This document shows, piece after piece, positions 51,743 through 62,399 of a stretch of 64,000 nucleotides of DNA. This DNA comes from an uncultured Methanoregulaceae archaeon (lineage in GTDB: Archaea > Halobacteriota > Methanomicrobia > Methanomicrobiales > Methanospirillaceae). The notes below the pieces were generated by a model. That model worked only from the letters and a program-made list of their open reading frames with translations. It did no database searches and was not told the DNA's origin. Both the position numbers and the translations under genes were made by a program. Each line of letters starts with the position of its first letter. The stretch's first letter is position 1. The stretch is from the NCBI GenBank assembly GCA_963841015.1, contig CAWJAX010000004.1, positions 64,001 to 128,000 on the forward strand, in the 5' to 3' direction.

Positions 51743-52797
51743 AATGAATTGATCACCTGCAGGAACCGTTCGTTCTCCCAGTCCTCACCAATGCTGACCC
51801 GGATATAGTGATCCGACAGACCCGCAAAGCTCCGGCAGGAGCGGACGATAACCCCCTGCCGGGCGAGTTCTTCCACCATCTCATCACTGGTGCGGGGAGC
51901 GATATCAATCATCACAAAATTCGCATCTGAGGGCAGGCTCGGATATTTCACTTCGGTGGTGAATCGCTTTCTCCACCGGTTTACCTGAGCCAGATACCGC
52001 AGGGTATGGTCCTTCTCGGGAAGTGCAGCGGCAGCGGCCGCAGCTGATACCGAATTAACCGTAAAAGGTGTACTGGCACGCTGATACCAGGGGACGAGCC
52101 ATTCTGGCACGAATGCATACCCGACACGCAACCCGGCAAGAGAGTGGATCTTGGAAAATGTCCTGCCGAGAATCAGGTTTTTATATTTTTTTATCAGCGG
52201 AAGGTAATCGTACCCGGAGAACTCGACATAGGCGTTGTCAAGGAACAGGACACCTTCAATCCCTTCCAGCAATTCAGCGACCACATCCACAGGAGTAGCG
52301 TTTCCTGTAGGATTATTTGGCGAACAGACTATGACGATCTTTGCCTGACTGCCTGCTTTGATCATCTTTCCTGGATCGACCGAGAAGTCCTTCTCACGAG
52401 GTACGGTAATTACCTCTGCACCCTGTCCTGTCGCAGCGAGTTCATAGAATGAAAAGGTGGGAGTGGAGATTACCACCTGCTCCCCGGGATCCACCAGCGT
52501 CCTGATCACCGTCTCGATGACCCCATCCATACCGACACCACAGACAAAGGAGTAATCCCCGTAATGTACCATGAGCGCATCTGTCAGAATGCTGGTACGC
52601 TCATCGGGATACCGGTTCACGTTCCGAAGGGCATTCTCTGCAGCTTCCCGTGCAGCTGCTGACAGAGGGTAAGGATTCTCATTGCTTGCAAGTCGTGCGA
52701 TCCGGTCGATACCGTACTCACGGGCTATATCCCCGGCTTTCTGTGCAAAAATGTAGCCGCCATTTTTTTTATAGCAGGATCTAACCAAGCGCTCCAT
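51739..52797 (-). CDS. hisC: Histidinol-phosphate aminotransferase
   Basis: LASNENP, NRYPD, CSPNNPTG and RTFSKIHSLAGLRVGY motifs. Confidence 0.93.
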   Translation of the reverse strand: MERLVRSCYKKNGGYIFAQKAGDIAREYGIDRIARLASNENPYPLSAAAREAAENALRNVNRYPDERTSILTDALMVHYGDYSFVCGVGMDGVIETVIRTLVDPGEQVVISTPTFSFYELAATGQGAEVITVPREKDFSVDPGKMIKAGSQAKIVIVCSPNNPTGNATPVDVVAELLEGIEGVLFLDNAYVEFSGYDYLPLIKKYKNLILGRTFSKIHSLAGLRVGYAFVPEWLVPWYQRASTPFTVNSVSAAAAAAALPEKDHTLRYLAQVNRWRKRFTTEVKYPSLPSDANFVMIDIAPRTSDEMVEELARQGVIVRSCRSFAGLSDHYIRVSIGEDWENERFLQVINSL

Positions 52798-53917
52798 TGA
52801 TCACTCCGACCACACGGTCGATCTCAGCATCAGTGATAACAAGCGGCGGGACCAGCCGCAGGTTCCCGTCGGCTGCACAATTGACCAGTACACCCTGATC
52901 TGCACATTTCTTCTGGACATCCGGGCATGTGTCCCCGAGGGTCATTCCAATCATCAGCCCCCGGACCCGGGGGTTATGCCTGGCAAGACCCTTCCTGAAC
53001 CGCTCACCTTTCCGGGCTACATCCGGGAGTATCTTTTCGATAACGTCAATTGTAGCAAGTGCTGCTGCACAGGCAAGCGGGCCACCGGCAAACGTGCTCC
53101 CGTGTTCACTCTTTTTGAATTCCAGATCTTCACGGGCAACCAGTGCGCCCATGGGAAACCCGCTTGCAATCCCTTTTGCAAGGGTGACAATGTCTGGCTT
53201 CACCTTTGTGTGCTGCAGGGCCAGCCATTTCCCGGTACGCCCCATCCCAGTCTGTACTTCATCAGCGATCATGAGAGCCCCGGCATCATCGCATACTTCA
53301 CGGACACCTTCAATGAAACTGTCGGGAGGGATGATGACACCTGCTTCTCCCTGGATAGGTTCGAAAATGACCCCGGCGGTATCCTCATCCACAACTTTCA
53401 TCAGCGCTTCCAGATCACCATATTCAACAAAGGTCTTTACCATCCCGAGTGGCTCGAACGGTTCCCGTATTGCGGGTTTGTGCGTGACGGCAAGTGATCC
53501 AACAGTCCGGCCATGGAACCCGTGGGTGAAAGCGACAAATTTTTTCTTACCGGTCCGGACCCGGGCAAGTTTGAGTGCCCCGTCAGTTGCTTCTGCTCCT
53601 GAATTGGAGAAGAAGGCTTTGTGCATACCGGTAATCTCTACGAGTTTCTTTGCCAGATCTCCCTGATGCGGCACGTAATAGAGGTTTGAGCAGTGGATCA
53701 GCTGGTGTGCCTGATCGCAGATCGCTTTTACCACAGCGGGGTGACAGTGCCCGGTGCTGCAGACGGCTATCCCTGCGACACAATCGAGATACTGTCTTCC
53801 TTCCGCATCCCAGACCGTTGATCCCTCACCCTTTACAATCGCCATGTCGCGCGAGAACGCAGGCATAAAGTAGCGTTCATCGAGAGCTTTGAACTGGCTT
53901 GTAGTTTCCATTTCCAT
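52781..53917 (-). CDS. argD: Acetylornithine aminotransferase (class III)
   Basis: NSGAEA, FHGRT, EPIQGE, DEVQTG, LAKG and HGSTF motifs. Confidence 0.9.
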   Translation of the reverse strand: MEMETTSQFKALDERYFMPAFSRDMAIVKGEGSTVWDAEGRQYLDCVAGIAVCSTGHCHPAVVKAICDQAHQLIHCSNLYYVPHQGDLAKKLVEITGMHKAFFSNSGAEATDGALKLARVRTGKKKFVAFTHGFHGRTVGSLAVTHKPAIREPFEPLGMVKTFVEYGDLEALMKVVDEDTAGVIFEPIQGEAGVIIPPDSFIEGVREVCDDAGALMIADEVQTGMGRTGKWLALQHTKVKPDIVTLAKGIASGFPMGALVAREDLEFKKSEHGSTFAGGPLACAAALATIDVIEKILPDVARKGERFRKGLARHNPRVRGLMIGMTLGDTCPDVQKKCADQGVLVNCAADGNLRLVPPLVITDAEIDRVVGVINGALG

Positions 53918-53950
53918 CACAGTAGCTTGTTTATTTGTTGTGTTGAGACT

Positions 53951-54868
53951 TTATTCATACTCTATCGTTGCCGGAGGTTTTGCCGTAATGTCATACACGA
54001 CCCGGGCAACACGGGGAATATCAGCGGTGATGCGTGACCCGATTCTCAGTAAGTGCTCAAAGGGGATGTCGAGCGGATCGGCAGTCATCCCGTCCCGTGA
54101 GTTCACGGCACGGATCGCAACAATCCAGCCATGTATCCGGTTGTCCCCCTTGACACCGGTCCCCAGACCAAGCAGGGCTGCAAAACACTGCCAGGGGCGG
54201 TACTGTTCAACCAGTTCGTCTTCAACGATCCAGTTTGCCTCCCGTATGATCGCAACCTTCTCCCGGGTAACTTCACCAAGCACCCGCACGGCAAGCCCTG
54301 GTCCGGGAAACGGCATCCGGTGCTGGATCTCTTTTGGCAGGCCCAGGGCTCCTGCCACTTCCCTCACCTCATCCTTGTAGAGATCGCGAATCGGTTCAAT
54401 CACTTTGGTAAATTCCATATGCAGCGGCATGCCCCCGACATTATGGTGGCTCTTGATACCCCCTTCGCTCTCGATCCGGTCCGGGTAAATGGTGCCCTGA
54501 AGCAGGCATTTCGCTCCCTGTTTCCGGGCTTCCCGCTCAAAGACCCGGATGAACCGTTCACCGATTGCTTTTCGTTTGGCTTCAGGATCAGTGAGCCCTT
54601 GGAGTGCCGCCAGGAACTCATCACCGGCATCAACAATCTGGAGGTGGATGGAAGCAAACGTCGTCCTGATCCGTTCGGTCTCACCTTTGCGCATGAGGCC
54701 GGTATCAATATAGATCGGAATAAGATTATCCCCGATGGCTCGGGCTGCAAGTGCGGCACAGACCGAGCTGTCCACACCACCGGAGAGAGCCATAACCACT
54801 TTTTCTGTGCCGGCTGCAGTCCGGATTTCTGTAATGGACTGGCTGATAAATTTCTCTGTATTGACCAT
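53951..54868 (-). CDS. guaA: GMP synthase, ATPPase subunit (subunit B)
   Basis: [31 protein letters not shown] and KPPATIE motifs. Confidence 0.93.
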   Translation of the reverse strand: MVNTEKFISQSITEIRTAAGTEKVVMALSGGVDSSVCAALAARAIGDNLIPIYIDTGLMRKGETERIRTTFASIHLQIVDAGDEFLAALQGLTDPEAKRKAIGERFIRVFEREARKQGAKCLLQGTIYPDRIESEGGIKSHHNVGGMPLHMEFTKVIEPIRDLYKDEVREVAGALGLPKEIQHRMPFPGPGLAVRVLGEVTREKVAIIREANWIVEDELVEQYRPWQCFAALLGLGTGVKGDNRIHGWIVAIRAVNSRDGMTADPLDIPFEHLLRIGSRITADIPRVARVVYDITAKPPATIEYE

Positions 54869-54880
54869 GATCTCGTTCCT

Positions 54881-56461
54881 TTATTTTGTCCGTTTGTTCG
54901 CCCGGCATGCTTCCACAAAGCCCAGATACGGGGGAGACGGGCGGGTCGGACGGGACTTGAACTCCGGGTGGAACTGGGAGGCAAAGAAGTAGGGGTGATC
55001 GGCCAGTTCCAGGCACTCCATGCGGTTTTTATTGACCGCCGAGAAGATTAATCCCGCTTTTTCCAGCTTCCCGATATACCGTGGGTTTACTTCATACCGG
55101 TGCCGGTGCCGTTCAGTGATCTCTGTCTGGCCATACAGGTCCATTGCCCGGGTTCCTTCCTTAATGGTGGCAACATAATCACCCAGCCTCATCGTACCGC
55201 CAAGTTCATTGAGCCCTTCCTGTTCGGGAAGGAGGGCAATTACATGGGATCCCTCACCGAATTCTTCGCTCGTGGCATCAGCAATATCGAGTTTATTGCG
55301 GGCATATTCGACAACTGCCAGCTGGAATCCCAGGCAGAGCCCGAGGAAAGGAATCCTGTTTTCGCGGGCAAACCTGATTGCTTCCACTTTTCCCTCGATA
55401 CCACGCTTGCCAAATCCACCGGGTATTAATATCCCGTCGTAATCCTTGAGCTGGCAGCGCTCGTAGCGTTCAGCGTCCAGCCACCCGATCTTCACTTCCG
55501 TCGAAAGCGCCCTTCCTGCATGCTTGAGCGCTTCCTTGATGCTGATATACACATCTTCAATACCGTATTTACTCACTATTGCAACAGACACCCTGCTGGT
55601 GTACTCTTTTGTCACGAGCCGGTACCAGCTGGTATCGACATCCCGCTTCTCCAGCCCGAGATGTGCTGAAAGAACTTCAGCAATTCCTTCTTTCTCCATC
55701 TCCATGGGGACCTCATAGATGTCCGGTACGGTAGCTGCAGAAATGACTGCATGCTGGGGGAGATCACAGAATGCGGAGATCTTGCGCTTTGTATGGGCAC
55801 TGATCGGATGCTCGCTCCTGCCGACAATGATCTCTGCATGGAGTCCCAGCTCCCGCAACGCTTTTACCGAATGCTGTGTGGGTTTTGTTTTCAGGTCCCC
55901 CATGGTATCTTCAGGTATGAGCGTAACATGCAGGAGGATGTAGTCCTGCGGCGGCAGATCCCCTCGCATCTGACGGATAGCTTCCAGGAATGGCATGCTC
56001 TCAATGTCGCCAACAGTACCGCCAACTTCAACAAGGCAGATGTCAGCCTTCGTTCCATCAGGAAATTCTTCTTCTGCCGCCTGACGTATACAGGTCTTGA
56101 TCTGGTCCGTAATATGGGGGATGATCTGGACAGTCTCCCCGAGGAAGTCGCCCCTCCGCTCCTTTTCGATAACCGTGCGGTACACCTTACCAGTGGTGAT
56201 GTTATGAGCAGCGGTAAGTTCGATATCAAGGAAGCGCTCGTAGTTACCAAGGTCGAGGTCGACCTCGCTCCCGTCCCTGAGCACAAACACTTCACCGTGC
56301 TGTGCCGGGTTCATCGTTCCTGCATCGATATTCAGGTAGGGATCGATCTTGACAGCGGTGACCCGGTAGCCACGGTTTTTCAGGATGCGCCCGACAGAAG
56401 CTGCGGTGATCCCTTTCCCCAGTCCGCTCATCACACCACCGGTAACAATAATGTACTTCAC
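54881..56461 (-). CDS. pyrG: CTP synthase
   Basis: [32 protein letters not shown] and QFHPEF motifs. Confidence 0.97.
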   Translation of the reverse strand: MKYIIVTGGVMSGLGKGITAASVGRILKNRGYRVTAVKIDPYLNIDAGTMNPAQHGEVFVLRDGSEVDLDLGNYERFLDIELTAAHNITTGKVYRTVIEKERRGDFLGETVQIIPHITDQIKTCIRQAAEEEFPDGTKADICLVEVGGTVGDIESMPFLEAIRQMRGDLPPQDYILLHVTLIPEDTMGDLKTKPTQHSVKALRELGLHAEIIVGRSEHPISAHTKRKISAFCDLPQHAVISAATVPDIYEVPMEMEKEGIAEVLSAHLGLEKRDVDTSWYRLVTKEYTSRVSVAIVSKYGIEDVYISIKEALKHAGRALSTEVKIGWLDAERYERCQLKDYDGILIPGGFGKRGIEGKVEAIRFARENRIPFLGLCLGFQLAVVEYARNKLDIADATSEEFGEGSHVIALLPEQEGLNELGGTMRLGDYVATIKEGTRAMDLYGQTEITERHRHRYEVNPRYIGKLEKAGLIFSAVNKNRMECLELADHPYFFASQFHPEFKSRPTRPSPPYLGFVEACRANKRTK

Positions 56462-56652
56462 ACAGATCTCCCCGATTGCTTTACATTTTGCTCATAATAC
56501 CTATTAGTGTTATCTTATCGTGAGAGAAGGAGGATTTTCACACGGATTCCATCTGGGTTTTTCCTGGGAGGTTGGGTTCACTGCACGATATGGGCAGCGT
56601 TCTCTGCCCGTTCAAGGAACTTTAATTTGTCCTAAAACCGTACATACTAGGT

Positions 56653-57426
56653 ATGAAAATCAGGCAATGTACGCATATTCTGGCGGTTCTTCTCTTGATA
56701 CTCGGTTTTGTCCTGCCGGTTATGGCTGCCGAAAATGAAACGGCGGATGCAGCCACGGCTTTTTACAATAGCGGCGTACTTCTTCTTGAAGAAAAAGAAT
56801 ATGCAAGAGCAATAGCAGCTTTCGATCGAGCACTCGCATCAAATACAACCATGATCCGGTGGTCAGATGCTCTGTTGTATACGTACCAGAATAAAGCGTA
56901 TGCATTGATTCAGCTGAATAATTACACCGGTGCAGTCCAGACGATTGATCAGGGTCTGGCACTCTATGAAAATGATGAAAAACTCTGGTACAACAAAGGT
57001 TTTGCCCTCTTCAAACTCGGTATGTACCAGGATGCGATCAATGCCTATGATAAGGTACTGCAGATAAACAGTCAGTCGGTTCCTGCCCTCAACAACAAGG
57101 GTGATACATATTTCCTGATGGGAAGATACCAGGATGCAGTCGATTCCTATATCCGGGCAAAGGAGATAGATCCCGGGAACAGTTATGCTGCTGCCGGACT
57201 CGAAAAGGCTCAGCGTGCACTGGCAACGGCGACGCTGCCCACTATCCCCGGCACCCGGACAACAGTTCCTACTGCGTTGCCGACAATGACTCAAACGACC
57301 CCGACCTCTCCAACAGACATTCCTGCCACACTGCCGACAAAGACCCAGACGCCACTCTCTCTCATAACGGTTGTGGCAGCTCTCTCTGCGTTGGGATTAC
57401 TGTCCATTCTTACGAAAAAGCGATAA
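56653..57426 (+). CDS. Exported TPR protein with Thr-rich linker and C-terminal membrane anchor
   Basis: Signal peptide; TPR units; Thr/Pro-rich stretch; TPLS-TM-KKR tail. Confidence 0.85.
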   Translation: MKIRQCTHILAVLLLILGFVLPVMAAENETADAATAFYNSGVLLLEEKEYARAIAAFDRALASNTTMIRWSDALLYTYQNKAYALIQLNNYTGAVQTIDQGLALYENDEKLWYNKGFALFKLGMYQDAINAYDKVLQINSQSVPALNNKGDTYFLMGRYQDAVDSYIRAKEIDPGNSYAAAGLEKAQRALATATLPTIPGTRTTVPTALPTMTQTTPTSPTDIPATLPTKTQTPLSLITVVAALSALGLLSILTKKR

Positions 57427-57470
57427 ACACTATCAATCTTTTTTTTTGCTTACCTCGCTATCCATCAGAG

Positions 57471-57588
57471 ATGCTTATTGACGCCGCCCCGATGGGGCAT
57501 CTTCCGCAACGGATCAGTAACCAAAAAAATCAAAAATTAATAAAACACTCTTCCCGCCGTGCCTCGAAAAGGCCGGGAGATGGGGGTC
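57471..57588 (-). repeat. Intergenic repeat family 3, copy 2
   Basis: Minus strand reads CGAGGCACGGCGGGAAGAG-T-tract-GGTTACTGATCCGTTGCGGAAGATGCCCCATCGGGGCGG. Confidence 0.7.
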
Positions 57589-57657
57589 AAGCGTATAAAG
57601 AACGAAGTCAAGGCGAGAACCTGAATCGATTCAGCCTGTTTCCAGGGTGCGTTTGTG

Positions 57658-58077
57658 TTAATTTTTACTTGTTGTCACGGCAAATGCTGCTGAAGTCCGG
57701 GAAAGCAGCATCTTCTCATCGTTATCAACAAATACCTCGCCCTCCGCGAATGCAACCCGCCGCCCCTTCCTGATTACGCGGCCCTCTGCAATAATGAAAC
57801 CTTCCTGTATTCCCCGGATGAAACTGGTGGATTCAGAGATGGTTGCAATTCCTTCAGTATTGGAAAGTAACGGGTAAAGAGCAAGCGCCATCGCTTCATC
57901 GGCAACAGCCGCGAGGATCCCTCCCTGTAACCAACCGACACCGTTGTGCATATCCGGCCGGACCTGCATGGTCAGCACCGCTTTCCCCGGCTCAACACTG
58001 ACCACATCAATCCCCATAAGGCAAAAAAAGGGGTTGGCGAATTTCCCGTCTTTCTTGATATTTTCCAGGTATGACAT
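57658..58077 (-). CDS. PaaI-family hot-dog thioesterase
   Basis: HNGVGWLQGG...ADEAM motif. Confidence 0.88.
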   Translation of the reverse strand: MSYLENIKKDGKFANPFFCLMGIDVVSVEPGKAVLTMQVRPDMHNGVGWLQGGILAAVADEAMALALYPLLSNTEGIATISESTSFIRGIQEGFIIAEGRVIRKGRRVAFAEGEVFVDNDEKMLLSRTSAAFAVTTSKN

Positions 58078-58175
58078 GATCCTTACACCTGATGTTGGCA
58101 TAAAAAAGGGATTAAGATTGTCTTTTACCTTCCTGTGCAATCGGTTTATATTGTCCGCACAATGACGTATCTTCC

Positions 58176-58406
58176 ATGAATGACCAGGAAATTAAGGAGA
58201 TGCTCGCTGATTTGATCTGGCTGAACGCCCTCATTGCTACAGAACTTATCCAGGTGACCGAGAATAGTTCGGCAATCCTCAGGAAATCCCCGCCGCCAAA
58301 AAGCTGCCTGGAGGAGCACCAGTCACTCCGTGAAACCGCGCTTTCTATGGCGGAGAAATACCGGCCCGGTACCATGCTCTCCCGGCACCTCACACAACAC
58401 CAGTAA
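58176..58406 (+). CDS. Small hypothetical protein
   Basis: 76-aa ORF downstream of a TTTATA box; no recognised domain. Confidence 0.6.
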   Translation: MNDQEIKEMLADLIWLNALIATELIQVTENSSAILRKSPPPKSCLEEHQSLRETALSMAEKYRPGTMLSRHLTQHQ

Positions 58407-58551
58407 TGTTATTGGGAGACTCTGCGAAACGTACTGCAATGAACCAGCCCGATTGTGTACACATGGGTGTGTATACCCGGGAGACTGCTACCCGCCTCAA
58501 GGACAGGGAATTTTACACGTCATCCGGCGATCCATACAGTTAGTCTTCATC

Positions 58552-59259
58552 ATGACCACCACACCTGAGGCACCATACAGCCTTATCATCCCGGCTTATA
58601 ATGAGGAACACAGGATTACACCGCTCTTTGATGCCATAGGCAGCTTCGAGGGGGAACTCATTGTCGTGTGCGATGGCGGGGACAGTACAGCAGACATTGT
58701 CGATCGCATTGCGGTGCAGAGACAGGATCTGACTATCCGGTGTCTTCGGTTTGACCACCGCCTCGGAAAAGGGGGGGGAGTGATTGAAGGACTCAGGGCG
58801 GCCCGATCCACCCTTGTCGGTTACTTCGATGCCGATGGCTCAACAAGCGTTGATGAGATGAAACGGCTTTTTTTCTCGCTTTCAACCGCAGATGGTGCGA
58901 TTGGATCCCGCTGGATAGATGGCTCAACCCTCAAAGTACGCCAGAGCATCCTGCGGCAGATGGAAAGCCGGGCATTCAACCTGATCATACGGATCTTTTT
59001 CGGGTTGAGCTATCATGATACGCAGTGCGGGGCGAAGGTTTTTAAAAAATCAGCAATTGACGCTGTATTGCCCAATATGATTTCCCGGGGTTTTGAATTC
59101 GATGTCGAGCTTCTCTGGAGACTAAAGAGAGCAGGATTCAGGATTACTGAAGTTCCCATCGAATGGCAGAATAAAGGGGATTCACGGGTTCGGAAAAGAG
59201 ACATGATAGGGATGCTCTGGGGTCTTTTCAGGGTGAGGTTCGGGGTTGGAGGACAATGA
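58552..59259 (+). CDS. GT2 glycosyltransferase (dolichyl-phosphate hexose transferase-like)
   Basis: IIPAYNEE, GKGG, FDADG, DTQCGAK and FEFDVE motifs. Confidence 0.9.
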   Translation: MTTTPEAPYSLIIPAYNEEHRITPLFDAIGSFEGELIVVCDGGDSTADIVDRIAVQRQDLTIRCLRFDHRLGKGGGVIEGLRAARSTLVGYFDADGSTSVDEMKRLFFSLSTADGAIGSRWIDGSTLKVRQSILRQMESRAFNLIIRIFFGLSYHDTQCGAKVFKKSAIDAVLPNMISRGFEFDVELLWRLKRAGFRITEVPIEWQNKGDSRVRKRDMIGMLWGLFRVRFGVGGQ

Positions 59260-61070
59260 TTCCGGCATCGCGTGAAGAACAAAAGAAAGAGGCGTTCAGG
59301 CTATTTGAGGACGGGCGTTACTTACAGTCCCTGCAGATCTGCACCATCCTGCTTGAGGGGGGCAAGGATTCGGCTGTTGAAGTACTGGCTGCCACAAACC
59401 TCTTCTATACGGGTAAACTTGAAGATGCCGAAGTATTTTTCCGGGATCTTACCCAAAAAATGCCGGATTCATCCTATGTCCATAGTTACCTGGGAAAAGT
59501 GCTTGAAGCACGAAAAGATGAAGGTGCAATTGCAGAATTTGCAACTGCTGTTCATCTTGATCCCACCAATCAGGATGCCTTACGAAGCTATGCAGGGTAT
59601 CTCATCTCGCATAAGGATTACCGGGGGGCTCTCCCGGTACTCCGGCGGCTTGTGCAGCTCGGGAAAAAACCTGGGGATGTGCAAAACCTGATGCGGGCAC
59701 TGATTGAGATTGGCGAGCCGGAAGAAGCGCTCGCGACATATAGCGTGCTTGGGGGAGATGCAGCAAAGACCCATGAATACATTGATGCACTGATAAAAAC
59801 ACGGAAGTTCCAGGCTGCTGCTGAATCTGCGTTAAGGATATACCGTGATACAAAAGATCCCGCTATACAGAGAAAATACCTTGACACCCTTTCCCGTTAC
59901 GATGTGCAGGCATCACTGGACGCCTATGCTTCCCACATAAAGGAAAATCCGGATGCGGAAATCCTGTTTGATTACATCCTGCTCTTACAAGCCAACGGGG
60001 AATATGCTCCAGCGCTAGCTGCTACAAAAAAACTCCTTGAACATGCAGATGATCCGGTATACCGGCTTGCCGAGTGCGAGCTTCTTACCAGCCTGGGCGA
60101 GGAAAAAAAAGCGCTTGCAGCCTATGAAAACCTGATCCGTGATGAACTGGTAACCAAAAATGATCTGGATGTTCTCGTCCTTATCATCAGCAAGTACCGC
60201 AATTTCCTCAAGGCACATGTACCCGATGATGAAGCAGGCAGGCGATATTTAACTATTGTATCAAAAGATGTAAACGTCGCAAGTCTCCTTGAAACGGCTC
60301 GTTTCTATGAGGAGGCAGGAAATACGACAGAAGCCCGGTCATGGTATTACCGGGCGTACCGGGCTGACTTTTTAAGCGGGGGTCTTGACTATGCACAATT
60401 TCTCTCAGTTCAGGGAGAAGAACGGGAATGTGAAAAAGTAATGCTCTATATCCTGTCAAACGTCAAAAAAAATGCTGATATCGGACGAGTGGCAGCAGTG
60501 ATCCTTGATAAGCAGGGGGGGATGTGCCGCTTAAAGCGCCTGATGGAGCAGCTGATAAAAAAACTCGAAGAGCGACGCCAGACATTAAACTCGGAGGGTC
60601 TGGAACTGCTTGCCATCGCTTATTTCATCACCGCTGCCAATGCACAGGAAGAGATGGATTATGCGGAGTGCAAGTATTACTGCCTCTGCGGCGTGGATGT
60701 GATGCCGGCGCATTCCCGTGCGATCCGGCTTGAAGATTACCTCCAGCTGATTCGGGCATGTAAAGAACGATCAATTGCCGATCGGCCGATAATGAATGCA
60801 GCGGAGACAAAAAAACGTACAGTTCCGGTTCCCCCGGTCAAGGTCATCACGGATCAACTCGGGCTTTCAGAACAGGAAAAAAAGATTGTTGAATTCCTCA
60901 GGTCTCACCGCAGAGCAAGCGAGATGGACCTGCGTAAACTGCTGGGGACCCGCAGGGTTGTCGGGATAGTGAACCAGCTCATCCAGAAGGCGACATTACA
61001 GGGAATATCGATCATCGAAAAGAAAGGGGTTGGAGAGGATGGAGAGGTCTATGAATATACCGGAACCTGA
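59256..61070 (+). CDS. TPR-rich protein with C-terminal winged-helix-like domain
   Basis: N-terminal TPR-like helices; C-terminal LSEQEKKIVEFL...SEMDLRKLLG...; ATGA overlap with the GT2 gene. Confidence 0.72.
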   Translation: MIPASREEQKKEAFRLFEDGRYLQSLQICTILLEGGKDSAVEVLAATNLFYTGKLEDAEVFFRDLTQKMPDSSYVHSYLGKVLEARKDEGAIAEFATAVHLDPTNQDALRSYAGYLISHKDYRGALPVLRRLVQLGKKPGDVQNLMRALIEIGEPEEALATYSVLGGDAAKTHEYIDALIKTRKFQAAAESALRIYRDTKDPAIQRKYLDTLSRYDVQASLDAYASHIKENPDAEILFDYILLLQANGEYAPALAATKKLLEHADDPVYRLAECELLTSLGEEKKALAAYENLIRDELVTKNDLDVLVLIISKYRNFLKAHVPDDEAGRRYLTIVSKDVNVASLLETARFYEEAGNTTEARSWYYRAYRADFLSGGLDYAQFLSVQGEERECEKVMLYILSNVKKNADIGRVAAVILDKQGGMCRLKRLMEQLIKKLEERRQTLNSEGLELLAIAYFITAANAQEEMDYAECKYYCLCGVDVMPAHSRAIRLEDYLQLIRACKERSIADRPIMNAAETKKRTVPVPPVKVITDQLGLSEQEKKIVEFLRSHRRASEMDLRKLLGTRRVVGIVNQLIQKATLQGISIIEKKGVGEDGEVYEYTGT

Positions 61071-62352
61071 ACAGATGGGCCGGCGCCGGCTTGAAAGTAT
61101 TAACATTATCAACGCGCTGAGACGGGGAACGGTTCCCGCAGGCGGCCTTGAGCGGATCGTTGTCGGGCTCGAGGTTGAGGAGGGTGTAATCGGGAAACAG
61201 CTGGATTATGTGTCACAGGGAGGCGGCGACACAAAATTCATAAGGGGCGAATACGGAAGCGGCAAGACCTTTCTCGTTGCCCGTGCTCTTGAGATCGCAC
61301 GTTCCAAGGGTTTTGTCACCTCCCATGTTGTGATCTCTTCCTCAACACCCCTCTATAAACTTAAAGGAATATACCAGCAGATCTGTGCAAACCTCAGGAT
61401 TTCAGATGAAGAGCATGCCCTCAAAACTATCATCGACAACTGGCTCTATTCTATTGAAGAGCGCCTGATTTCCGTGGGTGGGGGCGAAGCTGATGACGCT
61501 GCTCTTGAAGCCGGAACCGAACGGGAGATCGAAGCAGCACTTTCCGGGATCAGCGAGATGAACACCGCACTTGCTGCAGCATTACGCACCTATTACCGGG
61601 CAAACAATGCCGGTGAATTCCAGCTTGCCCAGTCCGCGCTGGGATGGATCGCTGCCGAACCCAATATCGGAAGGGATTTCAAACAGAGGGCAGGGATCCG
61701 GGGAGATATCGATGATACCATCGCCTTTATTTTCCTCCGCGGGCTTGTTGCTATTATCCATGGGGCTGGATACCGGGGCATCGCGATAGCGGTTGATGAA
61801 ATGGAAACAACGCAGGGGCTCCAGCGCAACCAGCGCGAAAAAGGCTACCAGACACTCGTTCAGATCATCGATGCACTTGACCGGGGGGATATGCCACGCT
61901 GCTACTTCCTTTTTACCGGGACTCCTGCCATGTATGACGGGTCACGGGGCATACGTTCCGTTCCCCCGCTCTATGATCGGATCAGCGTAGTGCAGACCGA
62001 TGCGTACCGGAACCCACGGCAGCCCCAGATTGTGCTCTCGAAGTTCGACACATCAAAGCTCGAACTGGTTGCACTCAAGGTAGTTGATGTTTACGCTCAG
62101 GCATATGCAGAGCCGGACCGGGAGAGGGTGTCGCACCGCTTCATCCGTGCGATGATTAAAAAGATCACCACGCGGTTTGGCGGGCGGGTAGATGTGATCC
62201 CCCGGATATTCTTAAAAGAGTTTGTCGATGTGCTTGACAAGTGCGAACTCTATGAGGATTATAATCCCGCAGATACCTATGATTTCGACACCGAGCATCT
62301 CAAAGGTGAGCTGAAAAAAGAAGAAGAGGCGGTTATGGTAGTCAGGTTTTAA
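61051..62352 (+). CDS. brxD: BrxD/DUF2791-family P-loop ATPase
   Basis: IINALRRGTVP..GL, Walker A GEYGSGKT, Walker B IAVDE, TGTP, NPRQPQI and PRIFLKEFVDVLD motifs. Confidence 0.82.
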   Translation: MNIPEPEQMGRRRLESINIINALRRGTVPAGGLERIVVGLEVEEGVIGKQLDYVSQGGGDTKFIRGEYGSGKTFLVARALEIARSKGFVTSHVVISSSTPLYKLKGIYQQICANLRISDEEHALKTIIDNWLYSIEERLISVGGGEADDAALEAGTEREIEAALSGISEMNTALAAALRTYYRANNAGEFQLAQSALGWIAAEPNIGRDFKQRAGIRGDIDDTIAFIFLRGLVAIIHGAGYRGIAIAVDEMETTQGLQRNQREKGYQTLVQIIDALDRGDMPRCYFLFTGTPAMYDGSRGIRSVPPLYDRISVVQTDAYRNPRQPQIVLSKFDTSKLELVALKVVDVYAQAYAEPDRERVSHRFIRAMIKKITTRFGGRVDVIPRIFLKEFVDVLDKCELYEDYNPADTYDFDTEHLKGELKKEEEAVMVVRF

Positions 62353-62399
62353 AAACCCGGCCTGACAAGATTTTATGTATTAAATTACAAGGTACCGGT

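Noticed and set aside
47876-55051. Long antisense ORFs such as 47876-48718, 52929-53666 and 54131-55051
   Set aside because: They are shadow ORFs opposite well-supported genes, with no recognisable motifs.
61051-62352. Complete BREX system
   Set aside because: Only a BrxD-like ATPase is present; no other brx/pgl genes are in the window.
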